A stretch of 59,632 bases of DNA, the filler included. It is 8 parts of 8 records of this genome, joined end to end, with 100 filler letters (N's around TTAATTAATTAA, not from the genome) between each part and the next. Parts side by side here need not be neighbours in the genome. Positions count along the whole stretch, not along the records: positions 9,366 to 19,497 come from SRR31156797_74070; positions 19,598 to 26,898 come from SRR31156797_74142; 6 more parts are not named here. The stretch is one strand, 5' to 3'. Below are positions 9,266 through 20,116 of the stretch, in pieces (position 1 is the first letter of the stretch; each line of letters begins with the position of its first letter). The notes under the pieces are model-generated. The model did not search any database and had not been told where the DNA came from. It was given only the letters and a program-made list of their open reading frames with translations. The position numbers and the translations under genes are program-made.

Positions 9266-9365
9266 NNNNNNNNNNNNNNNNNNNNNNNNNNNNNNNNNNN
9301 NNNNNNNNNTTAATTAATTAANNNNNNNNNNNNNNNNNNNNNNNNNNNNNNNNNNNNNNNNNNNN
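9266..9365. other. artificial contig spacer
   Basis: N44-TTAATTAATTAA-N44, with stops in all six frames. Confidence 0.98.
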
Positions 9366-9442
9366 GGAAAACAGATTTAATCTTTTCAGATTTTAATTAA
9401 TCTGTCTTCCCTGTAACCTAAAATTTCAAAAATTGGTATAAT

Positions 9443-11695
9443 TTAATCTTCAAAACTATTCTTTATAAACGGCTGATGATAATACCGGGTTCCGGTTGCC
9501 TTGTACATTGCATTTGCCAAAGCTGCCATTACCGGCGGATATGGCGGTTCGCCCATTCCGGTTGGGTGAATGTCGTTTTCTACAAAATAAGTTTCTATTG
9601 TTTTAGGCGCTTCCGCATGACGAATTAACCGATAACCGTCGAAATTACTTTGCTGAGGTTCACCCTGATTAAAAGTCAGCTCACCAAACATGGCTGTCCC
9701 AATTCCATCAACAACAGAGCCTTCTGTCATATTGATGGCTGCATCCGGATTAATAACAATTCCGCAGTCGTTTGCATTGTATACTTTATCTACTTTTGGA
9801 GTCCCATTTTCCATAATAACATCGACCACCTGAGCCGTGTAACTGTTATGGCAAAAATATGCAGCTACGCCTCGGTTTTTTCCTGCTGAATTGGAATTCC
9901 AGCCCGATTTGTCGCGGACCAGTTCCAGCACTCCTGCGTAGCGGGCGGCATCGTAATCGTTGTTTTCGCCCACCGGATTTTCCTGGGCGCGTTTTAATAA
10001 ATCGAGACGGAACTGAATTGGGTCAACTCCCATTTCTTCAGCCACTTCATCTAAAAACGACTGTTCGGCAGCTGCATTAAAATTGGAGCCGGGAGCACGC
10101 ATTGCACCTACACTAATATTGGATTCGATAGCCCAGCTTTCAGCCAGGTAATTGTCGAGAGCTCCTGCCGGGAAACGGTTCGCATGCAAAGCGTTTTCAG
10201 GTACTCCACCCATTTTTACATGAAATGCGGTGAGTTTATTATCCTTATCAAAAGCTGCCCGATAAACTGCATGGTACATCGGGCGGTAAATTCCAAATGT
10301 CATATCGTCTTCGCGGGTGTACACCAGTTTTACAGGTGCCTTTATTTGCTGAGAGATTACAGCTGCTTCCACCATAAAATGACCATACAGCCGACGACCA
10401 AAACCTCCTCCCATCCGGGTCATTTCAACCTGTACTTTTTCAAGGGGTAAACCGAGCCGGTCGGCTACCGATTTTTGCATTGGTTCCGGTGTTTGTGTCG
10501 GGCCAACAACCACGGCACTGTCGTCTTTTACATCGGCAAAAAAGTTCTGTGGTTCCATCGGGTTATGAGCCAGAAAAGGTGCGGTGTATGTTCGTTCCAG
10601 AATTTTGGCAGCATTTTGAAATGCTTCCTCGGGATTGCCATCTCTTCTTTCAACGCTGCCTGGTTTCGATGCTGCGGCAATCATTTTTGCTTTATGCTCC
10701 TGAGTGCTTTCCAAACCAGTGGGAACATTTACTTCCCGGGCATCTCCTCCCCAGCCTGCTGCTATATATTTTTGTTCGCTAAATGTTTCCCATTCTACGT
10801 TCAACATCAGTTTGGCAGTCCAAACCTCCCAGGTTGAATTTCCAACAATAACCACCATTTCGTTAAATGATATGGCATCAGACCATTGTCTTTCGTAATC
10901 GTCGTTATATGTTTTCAGGGTAAAAACATCTTTAATCCCAGGCATATCTTTTACCTCGTTGGGATCATACGATTTCAATTTCATACCAAAAGCCGGAGGA
11001 TGAATTATCATGGCAGTAAGCATTCCATCTACTTTATAGTCGAGACCGAATATAGGTTTACCGGTTACTATTTTTAGTCCGTCCACATTTTTTTTAGAAT
11101 TTCCGATAATCGTAAAATCTTTTAGCTCTTTTAAATCGACTTTTTCAGGAACAGGAACCTCTGCAGCAGCAGAAGCAAATTCGCCAAAACCGGCTTTCTT
11201 TCCGGTTGCTTCATGCATTAAAAAACCTTCTTTTGCGGTAACCTCATTAATCGGGACATTCCAGGCTTTGGCCGCTGCCTCACGTAACATTGTTCTTGCA
11301 GAAGCACCTGCCATTCGAAGGGTCGACCAGGTGGTACGGATCGAATCGCTGCCTCCCGCCAACTGCCGTGTATATTTTGTTGTATTTAGAGGTGCTTGTT
11401 CAACCATCACATCGTTCCAGTTCACATCCAGTTCTTCTGCCACAATCATGGGCATCGAAGTTTTTACATTCTGGCCAATTTCCGGATTGGGAGAAAAAAT
11501 GGTTACCACACCGTTTTCACCTATTTTGAGATAGCCATTTATATCAAACCATTCGTCGGGAATTGATATTCCTTTTTCTGCATTGGAACTGCAGGCTGAA
11601 GCCATCCAGTTAAATCCTATTAATAATCCGCCGCCAACGGCCAATGAACTTTTAAAAAAAGAGCGTCTGTCAAGTTTTGTTTTTACAAGTGTCAT
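9443..11695 (-). CDS. xanthine dehydrogenase-family molybdopterin-binding subunit (IorB-like), Tat-exported
   Basis: Tat motif DRRSFFK; EIGQNVKTSMPMIVAEEL, HNPMEPQN, RMGGGFGRR, MRAPG, GMGEPP. Confidence 0.9.
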   Translation of the reverse strand: MTLVKTKLDRRSFFKSSLAVGGGLLIGFNWMASACSSNAEKGISIPDEWFDINGYLKIGENGVVTIFSPNPEIGQNVKTSMPMIVAEELDVNWNDVMVEQAPLNTTKYTRQLAGGSDSIRTTWSTLRMAGASARTMLREAAAKAWNVPINEVTAKEGFLMHEATGKKAGFGEFASAAAEVPVPEKVDLKELKDFTIIGNSKKNVDGLKIVTGKPIFGLDYKVDGMLTAMIIHPPAFGMKLKSYDPNEVKDMPGIKDVFTLKTYNDDYERQWSDAISFNEMVVIVGNSTWEVWTAKLMLNVEWETFSEQKYIAAGWGGDAREVNVPTGLESTQEHKAKMIAAASKPGSVERRDGNPEEAFQNAAKILERTYTAPFLAHNPMEPQNFFADVKDDSAVVVGPTQTPEPMQKSVADRLGLPLEKVQVEMTRMGGGFGRRLYGHFMVEAAVISQQIKAPVKLVYTREDDMTFGIYRPMYHAVYRAAFDKDNKLTAFHVKMGGVPENALHANRFPAGALDNYLAESWAIESNISVGAMRAPGSNFNAAAEQSFLDEVAEEMGVDPIQFRLDLLKRAQENPVGENNDYDAARYAGVLELVRDKSGWNSNSAGKNRGVAAYFCHNSYTAQVVDVIMENGTPKVDKVYNANDCGIVINPDAAINMTEGSVVDGIGTAMFGELTFNQGEPQQSNFDGYRLIRHAEAPKTIETYFVENDIHPTGMGEPPYPPVMAALANAMYKATGTRYYHQPFIKNSFED

Positions 11696-11765
11696 TTCAA
11701 GCAATTTTAATTTAATGAAACAAAAAATAAAATGGATAACTGGAATTTTGTTTTGAAATAAATAC

Positions 11766-12221
11766 CTAAGAATTAGCAGCTGTTTTTATTGCTGTTTTAA
11801 TTCTAGTGTAGGTACCACAACGACAAATATTACCGTTCATAGCGGTTTCAATTTCCTCATCGCTTGGATGTGGATTTTCGTTCAGCAAAGAAGCAGCCTG
11901 CATTATCTGTCCTGGTTGACAATAGCCACATTGTGCTACGTCGTGTTCGAGCCAGGCTTTTTGTACCGGATGATCGCCATCTTCCGACAAACCTTCGATA
12001 GTTGTTATTTCCTGATCTCCAATCGAATCGATGAAGGTGATACACGAACGTACTGCTTTTCCATTTAAATGGATGGTGCAAGCACCACATTGAGCAACTC
12101 CGCAACCATATTTGGTTCCCATCAAATCTAAATGATCTCTTAAAACCCAAAGTACTGGTGTGAATGGATCTACATCCACCTGGTATTCTTTTTTATTGAT
12201 TTTTAAATTGAAAACTGCCAT
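11766..12221 (-). CDS. (2Fe-2S)-binding small subunit (IorA-like)
   Basis: GTKYGCGVAQCGACT and QCGYCQPGQ...NICRCGTY. Confidence 0.93.
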   Translation of the reverse strand: MAVFNLKINKKEYQVDVDPFTPVLWVLRDHLDLMGTKYGCGVAQCGACTIHLNGKAVRSCITFIDSIGDQEITTIEGLSEDGDHPVQKAWLEHDVAQCGYCQPGQIMQAASLLNENPHPSDEEIETAMNGNICRCGTYTRIKTAIKTAANS

Positions 12222-12853
12222 AAGTTTGAAAATATTGTTTGTTTATAAAATAGATACTGATAATCATCTATATAACGTGATGAAACATGTAAAGGTTTAG
12301 CTTTTTTATAAAAATGAAAATCAATTTTTGACAGTTTTATTTGAAATGATAGAATTTGCCTGGTTTATATTTAATCCATTTTTTTTACCGTAAAATTACA
12401 GGGAGTGAATATATTTTTAAAACTTAGTAAATATCTTTTCTGAAGGTAGACATTTTTTATTCTACCTGTTTATAATCCGGAGTAGAAATCTTAACCTAAA
12501 AAATCTTTCTTATAGATTTGCAGGTATAAGTTGTTATTCCGGGCGGTAGTTTTTCGCAACATTTTTTTGTTTTTGGAAATATTGATTACGCAATTATTAT
12601 TATGAAATAACAGTAAAAATATCAGAAATTGGGGTCTCGATTTCGATTGCTGATTTTATTCATCATTTAAACAAATTGTACACTATTTCTAAACATTTTA
12701 GTCACACTGTTATTTTTCAAACAAAAATTATGTGCATTAGATTTGTAGCGGATATAAAATTTATGAAAGAATTATTTAAAGTAACTTTTAAAAACTTTGT
12801 TTATAAACCGCTATAATAACAGTTCTGTACAAATCAGACTTATAGAATAAATG

Positions 12854-12885
12854 AAAATACCGGAGGAAAACCGCCGGTATTTTTT
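12854..12885 (-). terminator. intrinsic terminator downstream of the cytochrome c gene
   Basis: AAAATACCGG-N10-CCGGTATTTT with flanking A/T runs. Confidence 0.7.
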
Positions 12886-12976
12886 GTTTGATGTAATTAT
12901 TGAAAAATTATTTGTATTGCCTTTCCCTTTAATGAAAACCAGAGATTATTTCTTGTTTTTTCGGTTATATTAACGC

Positions 12977-13579
12977 TTAATATTTTTTTTGACTGGCTAC
13001 TACATCGTTGGGTTTTGATGATAACCAACCTTCTGGCAATTCAAAACGATGACATTGCGTACAGGTATATACAGACTGACCGTGCATGGAGTGGCAGGTA
13101 TAACATTCCTGTTTTCCATGTCGGGGGTCATGCTGACTAAAAGCAAATGACATATTATTTGTTGCAGTTGTTGCTGTTATAATTTCAGCTTCCACATGAC
13201 ATCCTTCTGTTAAACAAAAACTGCGGGTTCCGATAATTCTCTGTTCCAGGGGGAATGTATAATTTCCTGTAATCCAACGAGCGCCTTCTGTTAATTGTTC
13301 TTTTAGTTTTTGAGCGTGGCAATCTACACATTTAAGTATTGTATCGCCGGAAGCATGTTGGGTAATCATAAGTGTAGTGTCACCTGCAAAATAATTCTCA
13401 ACATAGCTGTTCATTGGGGTATGACACGAGGTACAAAAGCCAGGTTTCTGATGCCATATTATTCCTCCGGTTAGAAGTCCTGATATTGTAACAATTATAC
13501 CCAGGGTCATAATAAATACCAGCCATCTTCTGCCTTTAGGTTTATTGCTTTTATTTTGGGTTTTATCGGTAATTTTCAT
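12977..13579 (-). CDS. membrane-anchored multiheme cytochrome c (NapC/NirT- or c3-like)
   Basis: N-terminal TM helix; CTSCH, CVDCH, CYTCH, CTQCH plus an atypical CLTEGCH. Confidence 0.85.
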   Translation of the reverse strand: MKITDKTQNKSNKPKGRRWLVFIMTLGIIVTISGLLTGGIIWHQKPGFCTSCHTPMNSYVENYFAGDTTLMITQHASGDTILKCVDCHAQKLKEQLTEGARWITGNYTFPLEQRIIGTRSFCLTEGCHVEAEIITATTATNNMSFAFSQHDPRHGKQECYTCHSMHGQSVYTCTQCHRFELPEGWLSSKPNDVVASQKKY

Positions 13580-13655
13580 AATACTTTCTACTTGTTGAAA
13601 TTGAATTTAATTTTATTTTGAATATGATTTGCAGCTAATTATTTTAGGTTGAAGG

Positions 13656-15311
13656 CTATAATTTTGCGACATATCTTCCGGCAAGATATCCAAAAGTGTA
13701 ACAACGCCCCAGCGACAAACCATAAACTGTAAGTGGGTAATCCACACCGCCATAGAATCCGCCGCCAAGATTTCCGATTGCATATAAACCATTTATTAAA
13801 GTTCCATTTGAATCAAGACACTGATGATTCTCATTAACAAGAAGCCCCGAGCATATTGCTGATATTCGCAAGGTGCGGAGAATACCGTAAAAAGGAGGAG
13901 TATCGATCGGTAGAAGCTGCTCTGCACGTTTGCCAAAATCAGTATCTTTTCCTGATGCGGCCAGTTGATTGTACCTTTTAACGGTTGCTGTTAAAGTTGC
14001 CGGGTCAACTTCTATTTTTTTTGCAAGCTCCTCAATAGTATCTGCTTTATGTGTATTTAAAAATGCTTCGTAAACGCCATGATGTTCTGTTACATTTTCA
14101 TCAGGCATATAATTCTTCAATGCTTCAGGAGGTACCAGTACTCCCGGCCAGTTTTTAGCCTGAGACATATAATTGGAATCAAAAATTTGTGAATATTGTC
14201 CTGTATTTTCCGGTCCACGCAGGTAATTGTTCAACAGCGACATTTCTACACTTTCATCTACAAATCGTTTCCCATTTTGATCGACAGCCAGAAAAGGCAT
14301 ATCGCACATGGTTGCCGGGCCGGCATCAAAATCGTGTAACATTTTGGTATGTCCGATGGGTTCAATCACTCCACCGGCCCAGTAACCCATTACAAATCCA
14401 TCGCCGGTTTTGTTAATCTGCTTTCTTCCAAAATTCTTTGTGTCGGGAACAAAATAGTCGCACATGGCTTTATTGTTCTGATAATCGCCTGTTGCCAAAA
14501 TAACCCCTTTATTTGCCATGAATTTCGTGTAAGTACCATCCTGGTTTTTCCCGATAACACCCTGTACTTCACCTGAATCATTCTGAACAAGTTGAACAGC
14601 CGGAGTACTGTAAAAAAAATTCACACCTTGTTTTTCTGTATAATCAGCCAGAGCCCGCATACCATCCCCGTTCGTGTATGGTTTCGATCCGAAATATGCT
14701 GTATGATAGTTAAGTTTGTAACCATTCATTTCGAGGATGTTCACCTGTTGAAGATTGCCCTGGTTAATCACCTTTGCTCCAGCTTTTGTTGCGCGGTCAA
14801 TTACCCACGAAACAGCTTCTCCGGAATGATAAGCCCATTCTCTAAGCAATTTGGGATTACATCGATGGGCGTTGTCTTTCATCAGTCGCGAAACCAGAGC
14901 TTCCACCCCGGCTTTGTCGCTGCTTTCAATATCAATTCCTGCTCCTGAATTTCCCTGTGAAATGGCTATATTTTCTTTCTGTAGTACCGCAACACTTGCT
15001 CCATTTTCGAGTGCTGAAAGTGCTGCCGGAACTCCCGATGCACCGGCACCAACAATAATCACATCAAATGTTTCTGTTCTATCGATGTCAGCATCATCTA
15101 TTTTTTCTGGTTTTGGAAGAAAGGAAAGTTGCGCCCCTTTATCGGAACTTTTCCCAAAATTTAAAGTGGTGTCGATATTATCCTGTCCGGGGCTATTGGG
15201 TTTACACCCGCTGAAACCAACTAAACCTGCGGCAGATGCTACTGCAGCACGCGATAAAAAACTTCGTCGGGAAATACCGTTTTGAAGCGTATGCTCGGTG
15301 TATTTATCCAT
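13656..15311 (-). CDS. Tat-exported flavocytochrome c / fumarate-reductase-family flavoprotein (probable lipoprotein)
   Basis: ISRRSFL Tat motif, FSGC lipobox, GAGASG FAD motif, VILATGDY, TGDG, GLYAIGN, G.C.TFGY.AG. Confidence 0.88.
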   Translation of the reverse strand: MDKYTEHTLQNGISRRSFLSRAAVASAAGLVGFSGCKPNSPGQDNIDTTLNFGKSSDKGAQLSFLPKPEKIDDADIDRTETFDVIIVGAGASGVPAALSALENGASVAVLQKENIAISQGNSGAGIDIESSDKAGVEALVSRLMKDNAHRCNPKLLREWAYHSGEAVSWVIDRATKAGAKVINQGNLQQVNILEMNGYKLNYHTAYFGSKPYTNGDGMRALADYTEKQGVNFFYSTPAVQLVQNDSGEVQGVIGKNQDGTYTKFMANKGVILATGDYQNNKAMCDYFVPDTKNFGRKQINKTGDGFVMGYWAGGVIEPIGHTKMLHDFDAGPATMCDMPFLAVDQNGKRFVDESVEMSLLNNYLRGPENTGQYSQIFDSNYMSQAKNWPGVLVPPEALKNYMPDENVTEHHGVYEAFLNTHKADTIEELAKKIEVDPATLTATVKRYNQLAASGKDTDFGKRAEQLLPIDTPPFYGILRTLRISAICSGLLVNENHQCLDSNGTLINGLYAIGNLGGGFYGGVDYPLTVYGLSLGRCYTFGYLAGRYVAKL

Positions 15312-15436
15312 ATTTTAAATTCATTTTCTGTAGTTTGATTCCTAAAATTAATTATCAACGAATTTACATAAAAGAACCAATACTTTCTTTTGTCTTATTT
15401 AATTTTGTTTTATTATCTTTTTTTGTTACTATTTTT

Positions 15437-17098
15437 TTATAGTTTACCAATTGATCTCCACATGTCTAGTTCTATTTTATACCTGTTTTTAATTACTTCA
15501 CAATTTGTATTAATGCGCATGGTAGGCTTTGTATTCAAATTATAGGCAGGCCATTCAGGTTCACCTTCGGCTGAAGGTACACCAGTACGTGCAAAATTAG
15601 TCCACAACTCTGCGAAATTGTGCGATGCCTTGCAACTTGCCGGAGAACTGTCGCCAAACATACGCCGTGTTTCTTCTCCTTCTTTTGGTGGCTGCACATT
15701 ATTGAATTTATAGGAAATATCCATCGCATGTGGTGTTCCCATCGGGAAGTCTGACCCTGGAATTTTCATGTCTGATTTATACCCGAAGTTATACAGGTAA
15801 ACCGGCGCACCATTTTCTTTGGCTTTCTTTTCTGCAATTTCCACAGAACCGAGCCCCATCATATTAATCGATAAAACGGCCATGTAAATCTCGGGAGCTG
15901 TTGCATTTGGCAAAGCTTTCCGGTAAGCACTGACGATTGTAGAAGCATCGCTGCCTAATTGTGATTCCAGTTTCGATGGAAGTTCATCAAAATTAAATTT
16001 TGTGAATTCGGTATCTCTTCGTTGCATGGCAAAAAATGCATATTCATCTTCATTCCACCCCGTAAGAAGTGGTTTGTCTTTTGAAATCTGAGGCGCCGTT
16101 GGATCAAAAGGATGATGGGGTAGCACAACTCCATCTATCACCGGACCAAAACCATGCATCGTTGGCATTCCAATTTCATCCATAAAAGGAGGGATAAAAA
16201 TGAATTTATTTTGTATTTCCAGTAGTTGCTCTGGTGAAACTTCGAGTAATTTCCTCCAGTTGTTTTTTGCAATATTCAACTCCTTTAATACCATTTCAGT
16301 AGTTTCGACAGCTAACTCTTTGGTGAGCATTCGAACACCCGGGCCACTTTCAATCGATGCTTTGTTAAAGTATGGCGAAGCTTCGGGCATGGCATAAATA
16401 CAGGAAGTTTTTCCTCCGCCTCCCGATTCTCCAAATACCATTACATTATTCGGGTCGCCACCAAATTCGGTTATGTTTTCATGTACCCATTTCAGTCCGG
16501 CAGTAATATCCAAAACGCCCATGTTTCCTGAACCGGCATAATCGGGGCCGGCAATTTCATCGAGATAAAGAAAGCCGAACAGTCCCAGCCGATGGTTTGT
16601 TTGCACCACCACTACATCAAAAAAACGTGCCAGGTTGGCACCGTCTTGTCCGCCCGAACCTCCCGACCCGCTAACATAACCGCCGCCGTGGTTGTAGAAC
16701 ATCACCGGGCGTTTTTTATTGTCGTTTGCCGGAGTCCATACATTTAGAAAAAGGCAATCTTCATCTGGTGCAGGACCGAATCCACCACCTTGCATCGCCG
16801 GAGAACCTAATTCCAAAGCATCACGTACTCCGCTCCATGGGTTAACAGGTGCGGGGCGACGAAAGCGATTGTCGCCGGAAACTTTTCCTCCGTAGGGAAT
16901 TCCTTTAAAAATATTAACACCCTCCTGCCTGATTCCCCGTAATTTTCCGTGAACACATTCCGTATTTACATAATCTTCAGCATTACTAAAGTTTGAAAAT
17001 AATTTGCCGGATGAATAGGCCAGACCTGAAAAAGCTGCGGTTCCAACTGCTGTTAACGATAATCGATTTACAAATTGTCTTCTGTTTATTGGATTCAT
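15437..17098 (-). CDS. Tat-exported type-B carboxylesterase
   Basis: INRRQFV; FKGIPY, EDCLFLNVWTP, HGGG, FGESGGG (catalytic Ser), GTPHAMD. Confidence 0.9.
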   Translation of the reverse strand: MNPINRRQFVNRLSLTAVGTAAFSGLAYSSGKLFSNFSNAEDYVNTECVHGKLRGIRQEGVNIFKGIPYGGKVSGDNRFRRPAPVNPWSGVRDALELGSPAMQGGGFGPAPDEDCLFLNVWTPANDNKKRPVMFYNHGGGYVSGSGGSGGQDGANLARFFDVVVVQTNHRLGLFGFLYLDEIAGPDYAGSGNMGVLDITAGLKWVHENITEFGGDPNNVMVFGESGGGGKTSCIYAMPEASPYFNKASIESGPGVRMLTKELAVETTEMVLKELNIAKNNWRKLLEVSPEQLLEIQNKFIFIPPFMDEIGMPTMHGFGPVIDGVVLPHHPFDPTAPQISKDKPLLTGWNEDEYAFFAMQRRDTEFTKFNFDELPSKLESQLGSDASTIVSAYRKALPNATAPEIYMAVLSINMMGLGSVEIAEKKAKENGAPVYLYNFGYKSDMKIPGSDFPMGTPHAMDISYKFNNVQPPKEGEETRRMFGDSSPASCKASHNFAELWTNFARTGVPSAEGEPEWPAYNLNTKPTMRINTNCEVIKNRYKIELDMWRSIGKL

Positions 17099-17150
17099 TT
17101 TATGTTTTTTATGAAAATAATCTTATTGATAGGAAATGGGATAGCTGGTT

Positions 17151-17981
17151 TTATTTCATTGATTTATCACCATAATTGATGCGTACACCGTATTTTGTGA
17201 TAATATGATTAAATCCAAAGCGGTTGCCTTCAGTCTCTTCTCCCTTTTCTTTACCTGAAAGTACATCTTTACTCAAAGTAATCATATCATCTACGCGTTG
17301 TTTTGTTTCGGGATTATTACCGCGAAAGTGCCCTGGAAACAGCTTTTCAATTCCTTCTTCTTCCATGACTGCACTCATTTTCTCACAAGAAGCTATCAGG
17401 TCAGAGAAAGTTCCTGCAAAAAGTAACAAATTTCCCGAACCAAATGAATCGCCGCTAAAGCCATAACCAGCGTCTTTATCGATGTATGTAGTAGAGCCCC
17501 AGGTATGTGCGGGTGTAAAAATCACTTCCAGTTTTCGGCCACCCAAGTCGATAACCTGCCCATCTTCCAGATATTTAAATTCACCTATGTAATTTGGCAT
17601 CATTTGCGCGGCAGATTCTTTGTCGCCCGGATTCATATACACTACCGGAAAATAGTCGGCAGCACCAACATGGTCAGGATGCACATGAGTTAGCATCAGT
17701 GTAACCGGTTTGTCGGTAATAGAAGCTACAATTTTATCGAGGTCGGTAATTTTGGTTGCCGCATCAAGTAAAACAGCCTTTTCATTTCCTTCAATCAGAT
17801 AGATGCTTTCGTTTGCCGACAAATTGCCGGTGCCCACCCATGTGTGATCGTCAATTTTATGAAAAACTACATCGTCGTTTTTAAACACTTCTTCTCCTTC
17901 GAAGTTGGCAGCTGGCATTTGCGCCCATATCGTTAACTGACACAAGGCCAGAATAAAAATTAGTGCGATCGATTTCTTCAT
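17151..17981 (-). CDS. secreted MBL-fold metallo-hydrolase
   Basis: Signal peptide; THVHPDHVG, TPAHT, SGD, PGH. Confidence 0.88.
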   Translation of the reverse strand: MKKSIALIFILALCQLTIWAQMPAANFEGEEVFKNDDVVFHKIDDHTWVGTGNLSANESIYLIEGNEKAVLLDAATKITDLDKIVASITDKPVTLMLTHVHPDHVGAADYFPVVYMNPGDKESAAQMMPNYIGEFKYLEDGQVIDLGGRKLEVIFTPAHTWGSTTYIDKDAGYGFSGDSFGSGNLLLFAGTFSDLIASCEKMSAVMEEEGIEKLFPGHFRGNNPETKQRVDDMITLSKDVLSGKEKGEETEGNRFGFNHIITKYGVRINYGDKSMK

Positions 17982-18047
17982 TATGATAATACTTTAGGAT
18001 TATTTCAACAAAATCATTTTGGTGTTTTGTAAATTAGAAATTCTATG

Positions 18048-19421
18048 TTAAAGTTTTGCCTTTTCCATAAGGTCAAGCGCCGTATTTACAATTGCCTTTT
18101 CTGCATATCCAGGTTTTAAACCAGAACCAATTACCTGAAATGTTAGGTGGTAACTTGCTTGATTGGAATAAATATAACCCGGTCCACGAGGTCCGCTGGT
18201 TAAAGAAACAAGCATTGTTTTTGTTGCCGGTGATTCTTTTTTTAAGCGCATACCAATCTCTGAATAAACCTCACCGCTTACTGTTACAATATTGATATCA
18301 CCAATCTGTATTAAACCCATACCGATGGTTACATCAGGGCCATCTTTATATCCTGGGTCATAATTTTCACGACCATTGGTATCTATACGAATACGTCCGG
18401 GACAAGAGATATTCTCTTTTTTACACCAGATATTTGCATCTTTTTCATATTTCGTTTCATATAGCATAACCCTCACTGCATTATTCCCAAGCATCGTTCC
18501 CAGCATGTGAACATAGTCGCTCTTACGCTCAATTGTTTTTTTGTGAGCAGTAAGATCTTCTTCAGGAATTTCTCCCGGTCCGGAGAACGATGGTTGATTG
18601 CCTGTAGATGGTTGGGCAGGTGGGGGTAATACGCCTTTTATCGATCCATCTTGAAAAATAGATGTATAAGCCAATTTGGGATTTTGATCACCTGAAGCAC
18701 CCTGGCAAAAGAGAGCAACTGTATTATCATCAAACATATCTTCTACATATTTAGTCGCATCGCCAGGAAAATCGGCGCTTATTACTCCACTTATAAAAAA
18801 GTTTACAGGGTGCATGGCATAATTCATGTACACCGCAATTGGCACATCATCTTCACCAAGAAATGTTAATACTGTAAGCGTTTTATCCGAAGGGCCATCC
18901 CAGTTTGCCGTTTGATGCCACTCCATATTTTCATCAAAATTATCGCGGTTTACATTTAAATCAACCTGTGTGGTTCCATATCCAACACGGGCAGGCGCCA
19001 TTTTTGACTTCGCCATATCAACGGAAGAAATGATTGCATTGGCAATTGTTTCATCTGTTGGTGCACCTCCAAAAAGTCCACCGGTATTGCCACTGTGGGT
19101 GTGTGTTCCGGTAACCAGGTAATTCTCAACAGGACAACCTGTTGATTCCGAAGATTCCTTTAAAACTGCATCTATGTTGTGTACTCCGCCGGCATCAACT
19201 GCCACAAGTACAACCGAGTTCGTTCCATTATCAATATAAATAGCCCGTACATAAAGGTTATCACGAATGATATCTGTTGAATTTTGCAGATCGCTTTGAG
19301 CAGGTGTAATATCAATTTTGGCAGCTCCAACTTTCAATTCGGTTTGAGCAAAAGTCGGGCAGGCAATCAATAAAATTGCGCTCCAAAGAATTAATGTAGT
19401 TATTTTTTTTATTCGTTTCAT
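18048..19421 (-). CDS. secreted neutral/alkaline ceramidase-like amidohydrolase
   Basis: KVGAAKIDITP, THTHSG, NYAMHP, ISADFPG, QGASGDQNP. Confidence 0.8.
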   Translation of the reverse strand: MKRIKKITTLILWSAILLIACPTFAQTELKVGAAKIDITPAQSDLQNSTDIIRDNLYVRAIYIDNGTNSVVLVAVDAGGVHNIDAVLKESSESTGCPVENYLVTGTHTHSGNTGGLFGGAPTDETIANAIISSVDMAKSKMAPARVGYGTTQVDLNVNRDNFDENMEWHQTANWDGPSDKTLTVLTFLGEDDVPIAVYMNYAMHPVNFFISGVISADFPGDATKYVEDMFDDNTVALFCQGASGDQNPKLAYTSIFQDGSIKGVLPPPAQPSTGNQPSFSGPGEIPEEDLTAHKKTIERKSDYVHMLGTMLGNNAVRVMLYETKYEKDANIWCKKENISCPGRIRIDTNGRENYDPGYKDGPDVTIGMGLIQIGDINIVTVSGEVYSEIGMRLKKESPATKTMLVSLTSGPRGPGYIYSNQASYHLTFQVIGSGLKPGYAEKAIVNTALDLMEKAKL

Positions 19422-19497
19422 AATTTAAATTTATGGTTGTTAATTTGTTGTCAAACTTATAATTTCAACTGGTCCTATTAATCCGGCTGGCACCAAT

Positions 19498-19597
19498 NNN
19501 NNNNNNNNNNNNNNNNNNNNNNNNNNNNNNNNNNNNNNNNNTTAATTAATTAANNNNNNNNNNNNNNNNNNNNNNNNNNNNNNNNNNNNNNNNNNNN
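19498..19597. other. artificial contig spacer
   Basis: N44-TTAATTAATTAA-N44. Confidence 0.98.
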
Positions 19598-20116
19598 GGC
19601 AGGAAGTGACTGCAAGGAAAAAATTTCACGGTTGGTGATAAAATCGATTTCATTTAACCCAGGAATCGGCGGCAGTGCCGGAGAGGAACCGGTGGCAATC
19701 ACCCAGTTTTTTGCACTGACGGATCGACCGTCTAAATCAACCGTATGGCTGTTTTGAAACACAGCGTTGCCGAATTCGATCTTCACACCCAATTTACAAA
19801 AACGTTCCTCGGAATCGTGTTTTTGAATAACGGCAATCACCTCTTTTATTCTCTGGGCAATTTTGGAAAAATCAACCGGTGGCACATCCACATCAGGCAA
19901 CCCGTACCGTCCGGCCTGTTTGATTTGGTGGCATACGTGGGCTGAACGAATCAATGTCTTCGATGGAACACAGCCATAATGAAGACAGTCTCCCCCCAAA
20001 ACAGGTTCTTTTTCGATAAGGAGCGTCTTTGCACCCAGTTGTGCAGAACCTGATGCCACAGTAAGACCGGCCGCGCCTCCGCCGATGATGCCCAAGTCAT
20101 AGTCAAATTCAGCCAT
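19598..20116 (-). CDS. class I pyridine nucleotide-disulfide oxidoreductase (Lpd/MerA-like), 3' truncated by the contig end
   Basis: GGGAAG, LGGDCLHYGCVPSK redox disulfide, IATGS. Confidence 0.88.

Noticed and set aside
9310-9321. Recurring palindrome TTAATTAATTAA
   Set aside because: Always embedded in N-runs of fixed length; it is an assembly or concatenation linker, not biology.
12222-12976. Long AT-rich intergenic region as an ncRNA or riboswitch
   Set aside because: Apart from a terminator hairpin I could not recognise a conserved RNA motif; an Rfam scan would be needed.
19598-20116. Assigning merA (mercury resistance)
   Set aside because: The diagnostic C-terminal Cys pair is beyond the contig end and no mer genes are nearby.
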